DNA of 63,514 nucleotides, filler included, from Octopus bimaculoides (GCF_001194135.2; 10 parts of 10 records of this genome joined end to end with filler, not necessarily neighbours in it), one strand, 5' to 3'; positions 11,770 through 24,855 are shown, counted from the whole stretch's first letter. Notes: generated by a model from the letters alone, not told the origin. Numbers and translations are program-made.

Positions 11770-12710
11770 CTTTGCTTCTTCTTCTTCTTCTTCTTCTTCT
11801 TCTTCTTCTTCTTCTTCTTCTTCTTCTTCTTCTTCTTCTTCATCATCATCATCATCATCATCATCACAATCATGCTTCTTCTTCTTCTTCTTCTTCTTCT
11901 TCTTCTTCTTCTTCTTCTTCTTCTNNNNNNNNNNCTTCTTCTTCTTCTTCATCATCATCATCATCATCATCATCAAATCATGCTTCTTCTTCTTCTTCTT
12001 CTTCTTCTTCTTCTTCTTCTTCTTCTTCTTCTCCTCCTCCTCCTCCTCCTCCTCTTCGTGCTCTTGGTCTTCTTCAGGATCGGGGGTTTTCTTTCTTCTT
12101 TTTCCTTCTCTTATTCTCCTTCTCCACTTCTTCCCTTTCTTCTTTCTTCAGGTCTTGTCCTCGCTTCCTTCTGCTCCTCTTTCTGCTCCTCAATTTCGAC
12201 CACCTCCTCTTTTTCCTCCACCTCTCGTCGTCTTCTCCTCAACATCCACTTCCCCTCCTCCTCCATTTTCTTGTTTTCTTTTTCTTCGCCTTTTCCCCCT
12301 CCTTCTCCTCCTCCTCATTTTCCTTTCCTACTTCTTATTGATGTTCGTTTCCTTTTCTCCTTCCACTTATCCACCAGCTCCTTTTCTTTCACCTTCTCCT
12401 CCTCTTCCTCCTCCTCCGCCCTCCAGTTTTTCCCCCCTCCACGTCATCCTCTGTCACTTCCTAATTATTTCGTGCTTTCGATTCTTTTGTCCTTCATCCA
12501 CTTCCCTGACCTCATTTTCACCCTCCCCTTCCCTTTTCTCCTCCTCTCACCATTCTTTTCTCAACCTCCACCTCCTCCTCTTCCTCCTCTTCCTCCTCTT
12601 CCTCCTCTTCCTCCTCTTCCTCCTCTTCCTCCTCCTCCTTCTTCTTGCTTTCTTCTCCGCCTCCTCCTCCTCCTCCTCCTCCTCCACCAAAATCTTATTT
12701 CATATTCGNN
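11770..12710 (+). repeat. Pyrimidine-rich compound microsatellite and low-complexity tract (TTC/ATC/CTC)
   Basis: Direct reading; (TTC)n(ATC)n-AATCATGC unit occurs twice. Confidence 0.95.
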
Positions 12711-12832
12711 NNNNNNNNTCGTTGCAGCTCTTCTCTTCTCCTTCCATTCCTACCCCTCCTTTTCCTTTTCCTTGTACAAATAAAGTATATTAATAAAACT
12801 GATAAAATCGCGTCAGGGAGAGAGAGAGAGAC

Positions 12833-12865
<33 letters not shown>

Positions 12866-13078
12866 GGAAACAAAGAGAGAGAAAGAGAGAGATATAAAAC
12901 AGAGAGAGAGAGAGAGTGAGAGGAAAAATACAGAAAGTGTGGGAGAGAGAGAGATTATAATTTCATGAATATTCAAATATATATTAANNNNNNNNNNNNN
13001 NNNNNNNNNNNNNNNNNNNNNNNNNNNNNNNNNNNNNNNNNNNNNNNNNNNNNNNNNNNNNNNNNNNNNNNNNNNNNN

Positions 13079-13121
<43 letters not shown>

Positions 13122-13216
13122 GTGTGTGTGTATGTATGTATGTATGTATATATATATATGTATATATATATATATGAAAAATATATATATGTTTGTGTGT
13201 GTGTGTTTGTATCCTC

Positions 13217-13405
13217 CAACATCGATTAATAACCGATATTGGTGTGTTTATGTCCTCATAACTGAGCAGTTCAGCAGAAGAGTCTGATAGAATAAGTACT
13301 AGGCTTACAAAAAATACGTCCTGGGGTCGAATTCTTCAACCCTTTAAGGCAGTGCTCCAGCATGGCCCCAGTCATATGGCTGAAACAAGTAAAAGAATAA
13401 AAGAA
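13217..13405 (+). mobile_element. SINE family B, 3' half
   Basis: GATAGAATAAGTACTAGGCTTAC...CCTGGGGTCGA...GCTCCAGCATGGCC...CTGAAACAAGTAAAAGAATAAAAGAATA. Confidence 0.85.
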
Positions 13406-13544
13406 TACACCCACACACCCCACACATATACATATACACATTACATATATGGTCACATACACAGGCATGCACACACACACTCACGCACACTTACACACAC
13501 ATGCACACATACACACACACACATGCACATGAACATATGTACAT

Positions 13545-13680
13545 GTACGACGGGCGTCTCCATAATTTCCGTCTACCAAACCCTGCGCTTGGCCAAGTTT
13601 CCGCGCAACGATACTGGATCCGAGACCACGTGGTTGAAAATCGATCTTCTTAAGAACGCAGCCATATTCATAAATCCATG
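13545..13680 (-). mobile_element. Degenerate SINE family B, 5' part
   Basis: TACGACGGGC...TTTCCGTCTACCAAA...GGCCAAG...GACCACGTGGTTG matches the family B head reversed. Confidence 0.55.
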
Positions 13681-13889
13681 AAAAAGACAGACTGGCCATG
13701 TCTGGATCGCATTCGATTATGGCTCTTTTCCATCAAGGAACTGACCTGAAACAAAAGAACACCAAACGTAACATAGTCCACATGACGGCCACGAATCGCC
13801 AAGTGGATATCTTAAACCAATATAAACAATCTGATATATCAACATCTGTGCTGTTTGTATTTCTCTGTGGTTCTTTTCATTGTTTTCGT

Positions 13890-13990
13890 CCAATCAGATG
13901 AATAAACAGCTCCTCCGTTCATCCAATCAGATGCACAAACAGCTCTCTCGTTCTTCCAATTAAACGATCAAACATCTTCCATCTTCGTCT
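13890..13990 (+). repeat. 33-bp tandem repeat (about 3 units), each starting CCAAT
   Basis: CCAAT at 13890, 13923 and 13956; units 1 and 2 are CCAATCAGATG.A.AAACAGCT...CGTTC.T. Confidence 0.8.
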
Positions 13991-15576
13991 AACAATCAGT
14001 CTTGAAATATATCAACACCTCTTCATTTTCTCTCTATATCTCTCTCACTGTATGTATGAGTGTGTATATATACAGATATATACGTGTGTCTCTCTCTCTC
14101 TATATATATATGTATATGTATATATATAAAACTTATGTATAAGTGTATGTGTATATATATAAAACTTATGTATAGGTGTATGTATGTATATNNNNNNNNN
14201 NNNNNNNNNNNNNNNNNNNNNNNNNNNNNNNNNNNNNNNNNNNNNNNNNNNNNNNNNNNNNNNNNNNNNNNNNNNNNNNNNNNNNNNNNNNNNNNNNNNN
14301 NNNNNNNNNNNNNNNNNNNNNNNNNNNNNNNNNNNNNNNNNNNNNNNNNNNNNNNNNNNNNNNNNNNNNNNNNNNNNNNNNNNNNNNNNNNNNNNNNNNN
14401 NNNNNNNNNNNNNNNNNNNNNNNNNNNNNNNNNNNNNNNNNNNNNNNNNNNNNNNNNNNNNNNNNNNNNNNNNNNNNNNNNNNNNNNNNNNNNNNNNNNN
14501 NNNNNNNNNNNNNNNNNNNNNNNNNNNNNNNNNNNNNNNNNNNNNNNNNNNNNNNNNNNNNNNNNNNNNNNNNNNNNNNNNNNNNNNNNNNNNNNNNNNN
14601 NNNNNNNNNNNNNNNNNNNNNNNNNNNNNNNNNNNNNNNNNNNNNNNNNNNNNNNNNNNNNNNNNNNNNNNNNNNNNNNNNNNNNNNNNNNNNNNNNNNN
14701 NNNNNNNNNNNNNNNNNNNNNNNNNNNNNNNNNNNNNNNNNNNNNNNNNNNNNNNNNNNNNNNNNNNNNNNNNNNNNNNNNNNNNNNNNNNNNNNNNNNN
14801 NNNNNNNNNNNNNNNNNNNNNNNNNNNNNNNNNNNNNNNNNNNNNNNNNNNNNNNNNNNNNNNNNNNNNNNNNNNNNNNNNNNNNNNNNNNNNNNNNNNN
14901 NNNNNNNNNNNNNNNNNNNNNNNNNNNNNNNNNNNNNNNNNNNNNNNNNNNNNNNNNNNNNNNNNNNNNNNNNNNNNNNNNNNNNNNNNNNNNNNNNNNN
15001 NNNNNNNNNNNNNNNNNNNNNNNNNNNNNNNNNNNNNNNNNNNNNNNACACACATACGTATGTATGCTAATATGTCTATGTATATATACCAATATCTAAC
15101 TCACTAGGACAATAAGCTAGCTGTACTGGAAAAGATAAAGAGTAAAAGAATATTTATTAGAAAATGGATACAAGGAAAAAAATATTGATTTCTCAAATAT
15201 TGGATTTAATCATGAATTGCTGTTCTTACAGACGTGTTTCTATGTTCACTTTGTAACAATTTCAACGTTTACAAAAGTTTATTTTTTTCCTCTCTTCATT
15301 TCTTATTGATTAAATATACATAATTTTTCCGAAATGGTGAGTTATCTCTTCATGTTTCAAGTGACTATATAGAAGAAAAGCAAATAGTCAAATGTCATTT
15401 GAGAGCTTTAGAACAAATAGCATTAAATATAACGCATCCATTTTCCATGCGTTCGTTCTAGCAGATTCCGACGTGAATATGCTGATCGCTGTTGGTTTTC
15501 CTCATCGGAGAATACGTCCTCCCAGAAGACGATGCGTGTTCATAACGAACCTGATATAATTTGAATTATGACATAA

Positions 15577-15625
15577 TTTGAAACGGTGTGGTGTTTCGGC
15601 CTTGTTGCGTGTCTCGTCAGTCAAA
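15577..15625 (-). ncRNA. Hammerhead-like motif, degenerate stem II
   Basis: Minus: TTTGA|CTGACGA|GACACGCAACAAGGCC|GAAAC-ACCACACC-GT|T|TCAAA; 5-bp stem I, intact core, GUU triplet. Confidence 0.5.
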
Positions 15626-15949
15626 GCTACCTCCAGACCTATGAGTCTGTAATAAGTGTACTGGCTTTTCTTTACAGCAACCGGCAAACAAATCATTTGC
15701 TGATATTGGACAGTTATCTGCCAAACAAATATATATATATATATATATATTGACTGTTTGTTTGTGGATGTAATTTGGCTAAACCATTTCATTCCATATA
15801 TTTAAAATCGATAAATTAGAAAGTATTTTCCTTATCAATATACAACAATGACATTCAAAGTAGATAACTTGTGTTGCACTGTCTGAAGCCACCGATCTAT
15901 TAGTTCTTTGATACCATGCTGATAGCATTTCATGCTCTTCTTATATAAA

Positions 15950-16105
15950 TATACACGATGTGCTTCTTTCGGTTTCCGTCTACCATAACCACTCACAATG
16001 CTTTGGTCGGCCCTAGGCTATACTAGAAGACACTTTCCCAAGGTGCCACGCAGTGGGACTGAACCCGGAACTATGTGGTCAGTAAGAAAGCCACGCCTGC
16101 GCCTA
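15950..16105 (-). mobile_element. SINE family B, 5' part
   Basis: TTTCCGTCTACC...GCTTTGGTCGGCCC...AGAAGACACTTTCCCAAGGTGCCACGCAGTGGGACTGAACCCGGAA...CCTGCGCCT. Confidence 0.85.
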
Positions 16106-16134
16106 TATGTATATATATTTATGAAATAAATATT

Positions 16135-16177
16135 TTCCTAATCGACCGGTTTCGCTTATGTTAGTCATCACTAGGAA
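16135..16177 (-). ncRNA. Inactivated hammerhead remnant (core deletion)
   Basis: Minus: TTCCTAGT[del]GATGA CTAACATAAGC GAAACCGGT C GATTAGGAA; palindromic ACCGGT stem III, GUC triplet, long stem I, but core C3-U4 missing. Confidence 0.5.
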
Positions 16178-16789
16178 GTTAATGATAATGTTACAATTTC
16201 AAGCGATACTATTTGACTACGTAAGTATAAATATTTTATTTCATAAAAAAAAACGTAGTTTTTCCACATAAAATTTCTATGCACTTTTCTTATTTTCATA
16301 AATTCTTTACAAATAATATTTCGCTATTCTATTTGCGTATATTGGGAAACCGATAAATTTATAAATTTATAAACTTATATCTTTAAATAAACATACAATA
16401 TTACATATACAAATTACATTATTTTAAGGTGCACATATATGTATTTATCTATTTATTTATTTGTTTGGCCCATTGCTTTCTGTATTTATTCGTTCTCTAT
16501 TTTCCTCCTCCTCTTTGTTTTTTTGTCTCCAATATTTTTCTCTCGATTTCGTATGTTTTACATTCTTCCATTATTTCTTTTCTTTTTTCTCCCTACCTTT
16601 TTCCTCTTCTCCATTTTTATCGTGATTAACGGAGTGAGAGAAAACGTAATGACGTCTGTAATATAATTTAGTATAGTCAATATTTCTTTTAAGGATATCG
16701 TTGGCGACTGTCATTGAGCTGGTCTCGATAGCATTGGATGTTTGGATGTTTGCGTGGCACCTACTTTCTACTACAAATTATATACTTTT

Positions 16790-17025
16790 ATTCTTTTACT
16801 TGTTTCAGTCATTTGACCGTGGCCATGCTGGAGTACCGCCTTTAGTCGAACAAACATATATACGACAGGCTTCTTTCAGTTTCCATCTATCGAATCCACT
16901 CAAGGCTTTGGTCGGCCCCGGGCTATAGTAGAAGACACTTGCCCAATGTACCTTGCAGTGGGACTAAACCCAGAACCATGTGGTTGGAAAGCAAGCTCCT
17001 TACCACACAGCCACACCTGCATCTA
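16790..17025 (-). mobile_element. SINE family B, internally deleted
   Basis: Both the tail (TTTTACTTGTTTCAGTCATTTGACC) and the head (CCCAGAACCATGTGGTTGG...ACCACACAGCCACACCTGC) are present. Confidence 0.88.
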
Positions 17026-17189
17026 TATATATATATATATATATNNNNNNNNNNNNNNNNNNNNNNNNNNNNNNNNNNNNNNNNNNNNTTAATTAATTAA
17101 NNNNNNNNNNNNNNNNNNNNNNNNNNNNNNNNNNNNNNNNNNNNATATATATATACACGAAGAAAAAAAGAGACCGACAAACAGACAGA

Positions 17190-17365
17190 CAGAGAGCGTG
17201 GTGTGTGGTTGTGTGGTTAAGAAACTCCCTTCACGATCACGTAACTTGTGGTTCAGTCCCTCTTCTGCATCATAACTTGAATAAACGTCTTCGACTAAAC
17301 CATGGCCCAATTAGTAACATACGAACAAATTAAGACGATGGAAACTGTGTGGAAGCCCGTCGTAT
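17190..17365 (+). mobile_element. Old SINE family B-like head
   Basis: GTGTGGTTAAGAA...GGTTCAGTCCC...GGAAACTG...GAAGCCCGTCGTATATA. Confidence 0.6.
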
Positions 17366-17441
17366 ATACCAACCTACCAACCTATATGCATACATACATA
17401 CATACATACATAGCAAATACATATATTTATACGTATATATA

Positions 17442-18596
17442 CAGGATGCAGTGAATAAACTGTCGTCTAAAATACGCAAAAATGTCAATAACACTGACTT
17501 CTCATTTTAACAGATATATTTACCAAAATTACATAAAAATATCTTGAAATGCTAAAGAGTAAATTTATTCAATAAAATCGCTATTGGCTTCAACCACACT
17601 CTCCAGACGACTTCAGAATCTCCTGCAACTCTTCTGGACGGTCGCCTTGTTTAAGTTGGTGAATGCTACCATAATCCTTGCCTTCAGTTCATCTTTGGGG
17701 TTACAAGGAGTTTTGTCGGTCTCTCGCTCAACTGCGCTCCACGCATAATAATCAAGGAGGTTTCAGTCTGGAGGATTAGGTGTCCAAATGTTAGGGTTGA
17801 TGTGGTCACAGAAATTGTCTGACAGCCATGACTAGGTTCTCCTGCTTGTGTGGCATGGTACAGAGCTTCTGTTGTCAGACATAGGGCCTTCCAGCAGCCA
17901 CCCTCTTGACCCACGAGAGCACTACCTCCTGACCCAGGAGAGCACTACCTCCTGACCCAGGAGACCACTACCTCCTTCAGGCACTTGATGTAGGCTTCCA
18001 TGTTGAGTGTGAGGCAATGTGGGAAGATGAATGGAAGCATAACGTCACCATCACTAGTGATCACTCCAAACACCATGATGTTGCCTGGATGTTTGATTTC
18101 TATCACTCTCGGTACATATTTCGGGGAGACGGCAAGCCAACGCTGATCCTAGAAGAAACATTTCTCGTCTGAGAAAAAACAAAGCATATTCGTTTGGAGG
18201 CGATGTTTGAGTTTGTTCAAAAGCTTCGTAGCGCAGTCTTTCCTCTTGTCCTTGATGGCTTGGGATAAAAATTGGCCCTTTCTCATCTTGTATGAGGAAT
18301 ACCGAATGCCTTCATACCTGCCTGATAAGAAACTCAGACCCTCCCATGTTTCTGGCGATGGACTTGATTGACTTGGAGGGGTCGTTGTCAATCATATCCA
18401 GGATCTCAACAAAAAATTCAGGACTTCTTTTCCTATCAAAACGATCAGAGTGAATTTTCCGAGCTGTTGTACCTTCGTAATCACCATTAGATTCATCCAA
18501 CTCTTTCCGCATCATCTGCACTATCCTCAGATTGACACCCAAACTCTATGAAAGGTTTGCATTGGAGTTTCCAGTGCGAATGCAAAGCAGTACAGC
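17442..18596 (-). mobile_element. Tc1/mariner superfamily DD37D (maT-like) transposon, pseudogenised; 5' end lost in gap
   Basis: Minus-strand peptides: HTH-like LGVNLRIVQMMRKEL...SIKSIARNMG, SYKMRKGQFLS, FFSDEK, QQ(D)SVPCHT, WTPNPPD*NLLDY; 37 residues between the inferred 2nd D position (mutated) and the 3rd D. Terminus TA|CAGGATGCAG at 17440-17451. Stops, frameshifts and a 3x23-bp internal duplication at 17909-17977. Confidence 0.88.
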
Positions 18597-19128
18597 NNNN
18601 NNNNNNNNNNNNNNNNNNNNNNNNNNNNNNNNNNNNNNNNNNNNNNNNNNNNNNNNNNNNNNNNNNNNNNNNNNNNNNNNNNNNNNNNNNNNNNNNNNNN
18701 NNNNNNNNNNNNNNNNNNNNNNNNNNNNNNNNNNNNNNNNNNNNNNNNNNNNNNNNNNNNNNNNNNNNNNNNNNNNNNNNNNNNNNNNNNNNNNNNNNNN
18801 NNNNNNNNNNNNNNNNNNNNNNNNNNNNNNNNNNNNNNNNNNNNNNNNNNNNNNNNNNNNNNNNNNNNNNNNNNNNNNNNNNNNNNNNNNNNNNNNNNNN
18901 NNNNNNNNNNNNNNNNNNNNNNNNNNNNNNNNNNNNNNNNNNNNNNNNNNNNNNNNNNNNNNNNNNNNNNNNNNNNNNNNNNNNNNNNNNNNNNNNNNNN
19001 NNNNNNNNNNNNNNNNNNNNNNNNNNNNNNNNNNNNNNNNNNNNNNNNNNNNNNNNNNNNNNNNNNNNNNNNNNNNNNNNNNNNNNNNNNNNNNNNNNNN
19101 NNNNNNNNNNNNNNNNNNNNNNNNNNNN

Positions 19129-19273
19129 ATCGTCTAACGTCCGCTTTCCATGCTAGTATGGGTTGGACGATTTGACTGAGGACTGGTGTTGCCATCCGGT
19201 TTCACCAGTCCTCAGTCAAATCGTCCAACCCATGCTAGCATGGAAAGCGGACGTTAAACGATGATGATGATGA

Positions 19274-19277
<4 letters not shown>
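19129..19277. repeat. 60-bp inverted repeat of a retroposon 3' end with (GAT)n tail
   Basis: Arms 19129-19188 and 19203-19262 (2 mismatches), 14-nt loop; right arm ends ...GGAAAGCGGACGTTAAACGATGATGATG. Confidence 0.92.
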
Positions 19278-19316
<39 letters not shown>

Positions 19317-19629
19317 TATACGTATATTTATACACTTACATGTGTGTATATCCGTGTCTATATATGTATATGCGATATAATACACTCACAAACACACACT
19401 CACTCACATATGCACACACAATAATATAGGCACTTCGAATTTTTTTTTTAGTAGACACCTATAGAGAGAGTATTTATGAATTTACAATATATTTATTTAG
19501 TTTATTAATTTATTTTGTTTTCAAACAATTTCCGTTTTAAATTTTCAAAATTTCAAAAAAACAATAAATGAAAAAAAAACTAAAAAAACAAATAAGCTAC
19601 GCTGTGCTTGTAGTATAAAACAGCAGCAG

Positions 19630-20177
19630 TAGAAAGCTTTAGTGTGTAGTGACTAAAATGCAATGAGCGGAGGTGGGAGGGTGCTGTGAGCAGCAGTGAG
19701 CAGTGAAAGAGTAAGTGGGAGGGAAAGAGGGGTAGTGGAGAGAGGTAGAAAAACTGATAGACTGAGAGAGAGAGAAAGACATAGAAAAGAAGAGAGGATG
19801 GTATGATGCATGTTGGGAAGTGCACATGCGTACATGAATGAATGTGTGTTCGGCTTTGTTGAATGTGTGTACGTTATGCCTATGTAATAATATATGTTGT
19901 GTGTGTGTGTGTGTGTGTGTGTGGACGTTAAGCCTGGTTGGTTGATGTGAATTAATGTGTGTATGTAATAACATGAATATTTATAATATATGTGTGTTTG
20001 CAACTACGAAGCTATCCGATTCGCAAATGCCGCGAGCGGGGTATATAGAATTGTAACAGAGCAGAAGAAAGGGAGATTTTGCGATAGATAGAGAGAGAGG
20101 GGGGAGAGGGGGAGGAGGGAGGAAAGGAGGATGGTGAGAGAGACTAGATAGGCAGACGGAAAGGGTGAAAGAGAGGG

Positions 20178-20214
<37 letters not shown>

Positions 20215-21018
20215 GAGAGAGAGATAGGGATAGAAATATACAGATGGATGTAGGTGATAGAAAGGCGTTAGTGCTAGTTGTGCAATGAATGAAAGATAGG
20301 GGCATAGATAAAATGCAGAAAAGAGAGAGACCGAGATAGAGAGGGAGTGAGGAGAAAAGAGATAGATAAGAGGATAGTGGGATAGAGTACGAGAGAGAAA
20401 AGAAGAAGAGAAAGAGTGGAAGAGAAAGAGAGAACGAGACTGTGAAAGTGGAAGCGAGAGAGAGGAAGTAAGATATACACTAGGATACTGAGAGAGAGAG
20501 AGAGAGAGAGAGATTGAGAGAGCAAGATAGTGAAAGGGAGAGAGATGGAGAGAGAAAGACAGAGAGATCTTGATATATTTGAAACAAAGAGAGGGAGAGA
20601 GGAAGAAGAAAAAAGATAGACGAGAGGAAATTGAGAGAGCGAGAGAGAGATGTGCTGCAGAATGGCGAAGCGAATTCAGCAGAAAGAATAAGAGAGAGTG
20701 ACAACGCAATAAAAGAGACTATGAGAGAGAGAAATATGAGGGAAAGGAAGAGTAGGTCACAATGTGGAAGTGCGAGAGAAGCTAAATTAATTTAAATAAA
20801 CTGAAAAATTTAAATTTGAATGAAAAAGAATAAAGTTTTGACTGAAACAATTTAAATAAGTGAATTTAAATAAACAAATGAATTTGAATTTGAATGAGTT
20901 CCTATAGAACTGGTGTCGCTGTTGAGGCTATTCTTGCCGCTCTTGTGCGAGAGATGGCTGCGGCAGTGCAGAGAGCAGAAATAGAAAGGCACAGAGACAG
21001 AGGGAGAAGGGAGATAGT

Positions 21019-21079
<61 letters not shown>

Positions 21080-21344
21080 GGAGTGTGTGGGTGAGAGGGT
21101 GAGATATGCATTGAGGAACTACTAAGAGATTGAGAGTGTAAGGTAGGGAGGGAGTGAGAGGCAGATAGAGAGAGAGTAGAAAGAGAGAGAGTGTGTGTGT
21201 GCGTAATGCGCGTGTGCACGAGGAAAATGCTGTTGTAAAGTGAGTGAGAGGAAAGAAGGGAAGATATATAATAGTGAAGGGGAGGAAAGAGAGTGGGGGG
21301 GAGAAAGTGTTAATGCAAAGAAAAGAGGCAGAGCGAGAAAGTGG

Positions 21345-21377
<33 letters not shown>

Positions 21378-21550
21378 TCGCAGAGATATAGCGTTTATAT
21401 ACTGTAAAAAGAGGGATAGGGAGAGAGATTACGCAATAGTGTCAGCGAAATATACAGCGATAAAGAGAAGAAAGAATAGACAAATAGAGAGCGAAGAGAG
21501 AGAGAGAGAGAGAGTGTGTGTGAAAACAGGGAGCTTAGTGTGTGCATGAC
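19630..21550 (+). repeat. Purine-rich (GA)n-derived low-complexity region
   Basis: Direct reading; multiple perfect (GA)n runs. Confidence 0.9.
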
Positions 21551-21728
21551 TGTATGCATAAAACTGTACATGTATGTGAACGTGTGTGTGTGTATGTGTT
21601 CTGTTTAGAGTAAGCGATATAGTACAGAAATGGTACAGTGTTCGATGTTAAGAGGGTGTAGTGTAGTGTGTTTACATATATGCATATCTATCTATCAGTA
21701 TGTATACATACATACATACGTACATATA

Positions 21729-21796
<68 letters not shown>

Positions 21797-22057
21797 TGTA
21801 TGTGTGTGTGTGTGTGTGTGTATATGTGTTTGTATATATGTATATATATATACATATGTATATATACATATATACTATTTTATATATATATACATATATA
21901 TATTATGTATATATATATTAAATAGTATATATTTATATGTATATATATGTTTACATATATATGTATATGTACGTATATTTATATATGCATGTATGCGCAT
22001 ATATATAATTCATTTTATATATGAATGTATCGATAACTGTGTCTATATATACATATG

Positions 22058-22138
<81 letters not shown>

Positions 22139-22182
22139 CACATGCATTATATGTAGGCACTCATACACGCTTACACATATAG

Positions 22183-22223
<41 letters not shown>

Positions 22224-22622
22224 CATACATGTAAATATATGTGTGTCTCTATGTTTGTGTATGTGTGTGTGCGTGTGCGTGTGTGTGTTTGTGCGTGTGC
22301 GTGTGTGTGTTTGTGCGTGTGCGTGTGCTTACGCGTGAAAAAACGTATTTGTTTTGGTGCATATTCTTTTACTGATTACATTTACAACACTGCAGCCATG
22401 CTGGGGCGTACCTCTTAAAATTTAAGTCGATCATATCGATCTTGTATTTATTTTATTTCATTTTTCTTTCTTAATTTAATCGATCACTGTTTTTGCATTA
22501 CTTACTTTACACAAAGGCTCACGACATGAACACAGTCAAGACGATATACACGCTAACACGCACATACACACAAAATCACACACATACACACACATATGCA
22601 TATAAACATTTATATGCCTACT

Positions 22623-22663
<41 letters not shown>

Positions 22664-22740
22664 CGGAGTGAGCACTTAAATGCGAAATAAGGTGGAAAAA
22701 AGTACTCGAATACCAGAAGTAGAGTAACATACTGTTTTTA

Positions 22741-22870
22741 AAAAATCAGCAAAAATATCACAAAATCCGCTACTGATGGTTTCACGTTCCCGTTTGTTTA
22801 GAACATTCTAAACAAAACTGTCCGACGAACGGGACCGTGAAACTCTGAGTAACAGTTTTGCTGATATGTT
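22741..22870. mobile_element. Old head-to-head inverted pair of PLE-type ends
   Basis: Centre TTTAGAA-CA-TTCTAAA (22797-22812); GTTTCACGTTCCCGTT (22779-22794) is the reverse complement of AACGGGACCGTGAAAC. Confidence 0.65.
22814..22859 (+). ncRNA. Type-I hammerhead with CCGACGA (U4C) core
   Basis: AAAACTGT|CCGACGA|ACG-GGAC-CGT|GAA|ACTC-T-GAGT|A|ACAGTTTT: 8-bp stem I, 3-bp stem II, 4-bp near-palindromic stem III, GUA triplet. Confidence 0.7.
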
Positions 22871-23222
22871 GGTGTTGTTGCCGGGGCTGGAGTCTCCTCC
22901 GGCATCTCATCAGTTATAAAGACAAACATATATCTATAAAAATAAATTCCTCTATTTACATAATATCGAGGTCTCATTCATTCTTTTGTTGTCATATTAT
23001 TAATATATATATATATATAATATAATATAATATGATATAAATAATATATAAATATATGCATATATCCATACATATATGTACATACCTATATCTATATGTA
23101 TACATGGATATATGGGTACAGGACATCACAAAAAATGTTAAACACAATGAGAAACAAAAACAAAGACGAAGACAAAAAACGAACTTTATATATATATATA
23201 TATATATTTATATTTGTGTGTG

Positions 23223-23275
<53 letters not shown>

Positions 23276-23879
23276 ACGTATGTATGTATATATATCGTCA
23301 GAAAATCACAAGTCCGAAAGAGAAGCAGACTCTAAGTTACAAAGCAGTAGAGAATATGAAGATAGATAGATAGATATAGACGGTCTATGGGGTTACCTTG
23401 GAATATAGATAATATACAAATACACTCATGTGTGGGTTTGAACCTACACGGGGTTTTGTACGGCTTGCATCTATTCAACTCTACTCAGCAACACTTAGTT
23501 AGCGCGGGTTTAAAGTAGACGGAACTTGCCCAAGCTGTAGCGCTGTGGGACTGAACCCGGAACCACAGCAATCGAGTACGACGGCAATGCATTTCCTAAT
23601 GAAATAGATATTTTTTTCTGTGAGTGGGTGCAGGTGTGGGTTCTCTATACCTGCATTATGTTTTTTTTATGTATTTACATATATAGACATCAACCCACAC
23701 GCATATATCTGCATGTGTACACATACAGACGTATATAGTATATATATNNNNNNNNNNNNNNNNNNNNNNNNNNNNNNNNNNNNNNNNNNNNTTAATTAAT
23801 TAANNNNNNNNNNNNNNNNNNNNNNNNNNNNNNNNNNNNNNNNNNNNTATATATAAACACACACACACACACACATATA

Positions 23880-23916
<37 letters not shown>

Positions 23917-24779
23917 CTTCTTATATCCTTCATCCTTTACTTCATTCAATCACTAGACTGCGACCGTGCTGGGGCACCACCTTGAAGAGATATAGTCGAG
24001 CAAATTGATGCCAGTTCTCACTTTTTAAAGTCTGGTAGTTATTGTATTTAGATACTAAATTAAATTTTAAATAGGGACACAAGAAAGGAAGAGACGGAAA
24101 ATAAACACACAAACGTCTGTCAGCATTCAAAAATCCTTACAATTTCGCACCTTTAACGATAATATCACTCATATTTTATGGAATCAGCGGTGAAGTGCTG
24201 CTGGGAATAGGGAACTAACGTTGAGGATCGTAACAATATATATTTATACACGACACGAATGTGAAAATACAAAGTAAAATATATATGAAACAAACAAAAT
24301 AAGGCTGTGCAGCTCAAAGACAGCACGAAGGAAAATGTGTTATAAGACTTGAACGAAAAAGGGAACAGATGGAAAATCTGAACGAAATGTGATAGAAAGA
24401 CGAAGAGTGAAAAAAATAAACAAACCGTGTTGAAAGTAGAGAAGTAGACGCGGGAAATGTCTTATTCTCTACTTTCGATTCAACATTCAGGCGAAAAGGA
24501 AACAGTCTCATAGAGAAAGCAACAGAGAAGAGAGTGGTGAGAGAGGAAGAGAGACAGAGATAGAGAAGACAAAAAAGAGAGAAAGCGAGATAGAAATGGA
24601 CGTCACAAACCTTATTGAATTGCATAGGCAAGAAACTAAACTATTTGTAGCGTTACATTAAATAATAAGTTCCAAAATTTCATTGGAAACACAGAGAAAC
24701 AAACGGAAAAAGTAGATACAAAACGAGACGTTGCTAATTACTTGTCAGTTATTGTCCAAAAGATCCTTACAAGCTCACA

Positions 24780-24831
<52 letters not shown>

Positions 24832-24855
24832 GTCTGTTACATTCTGTCAGATACC

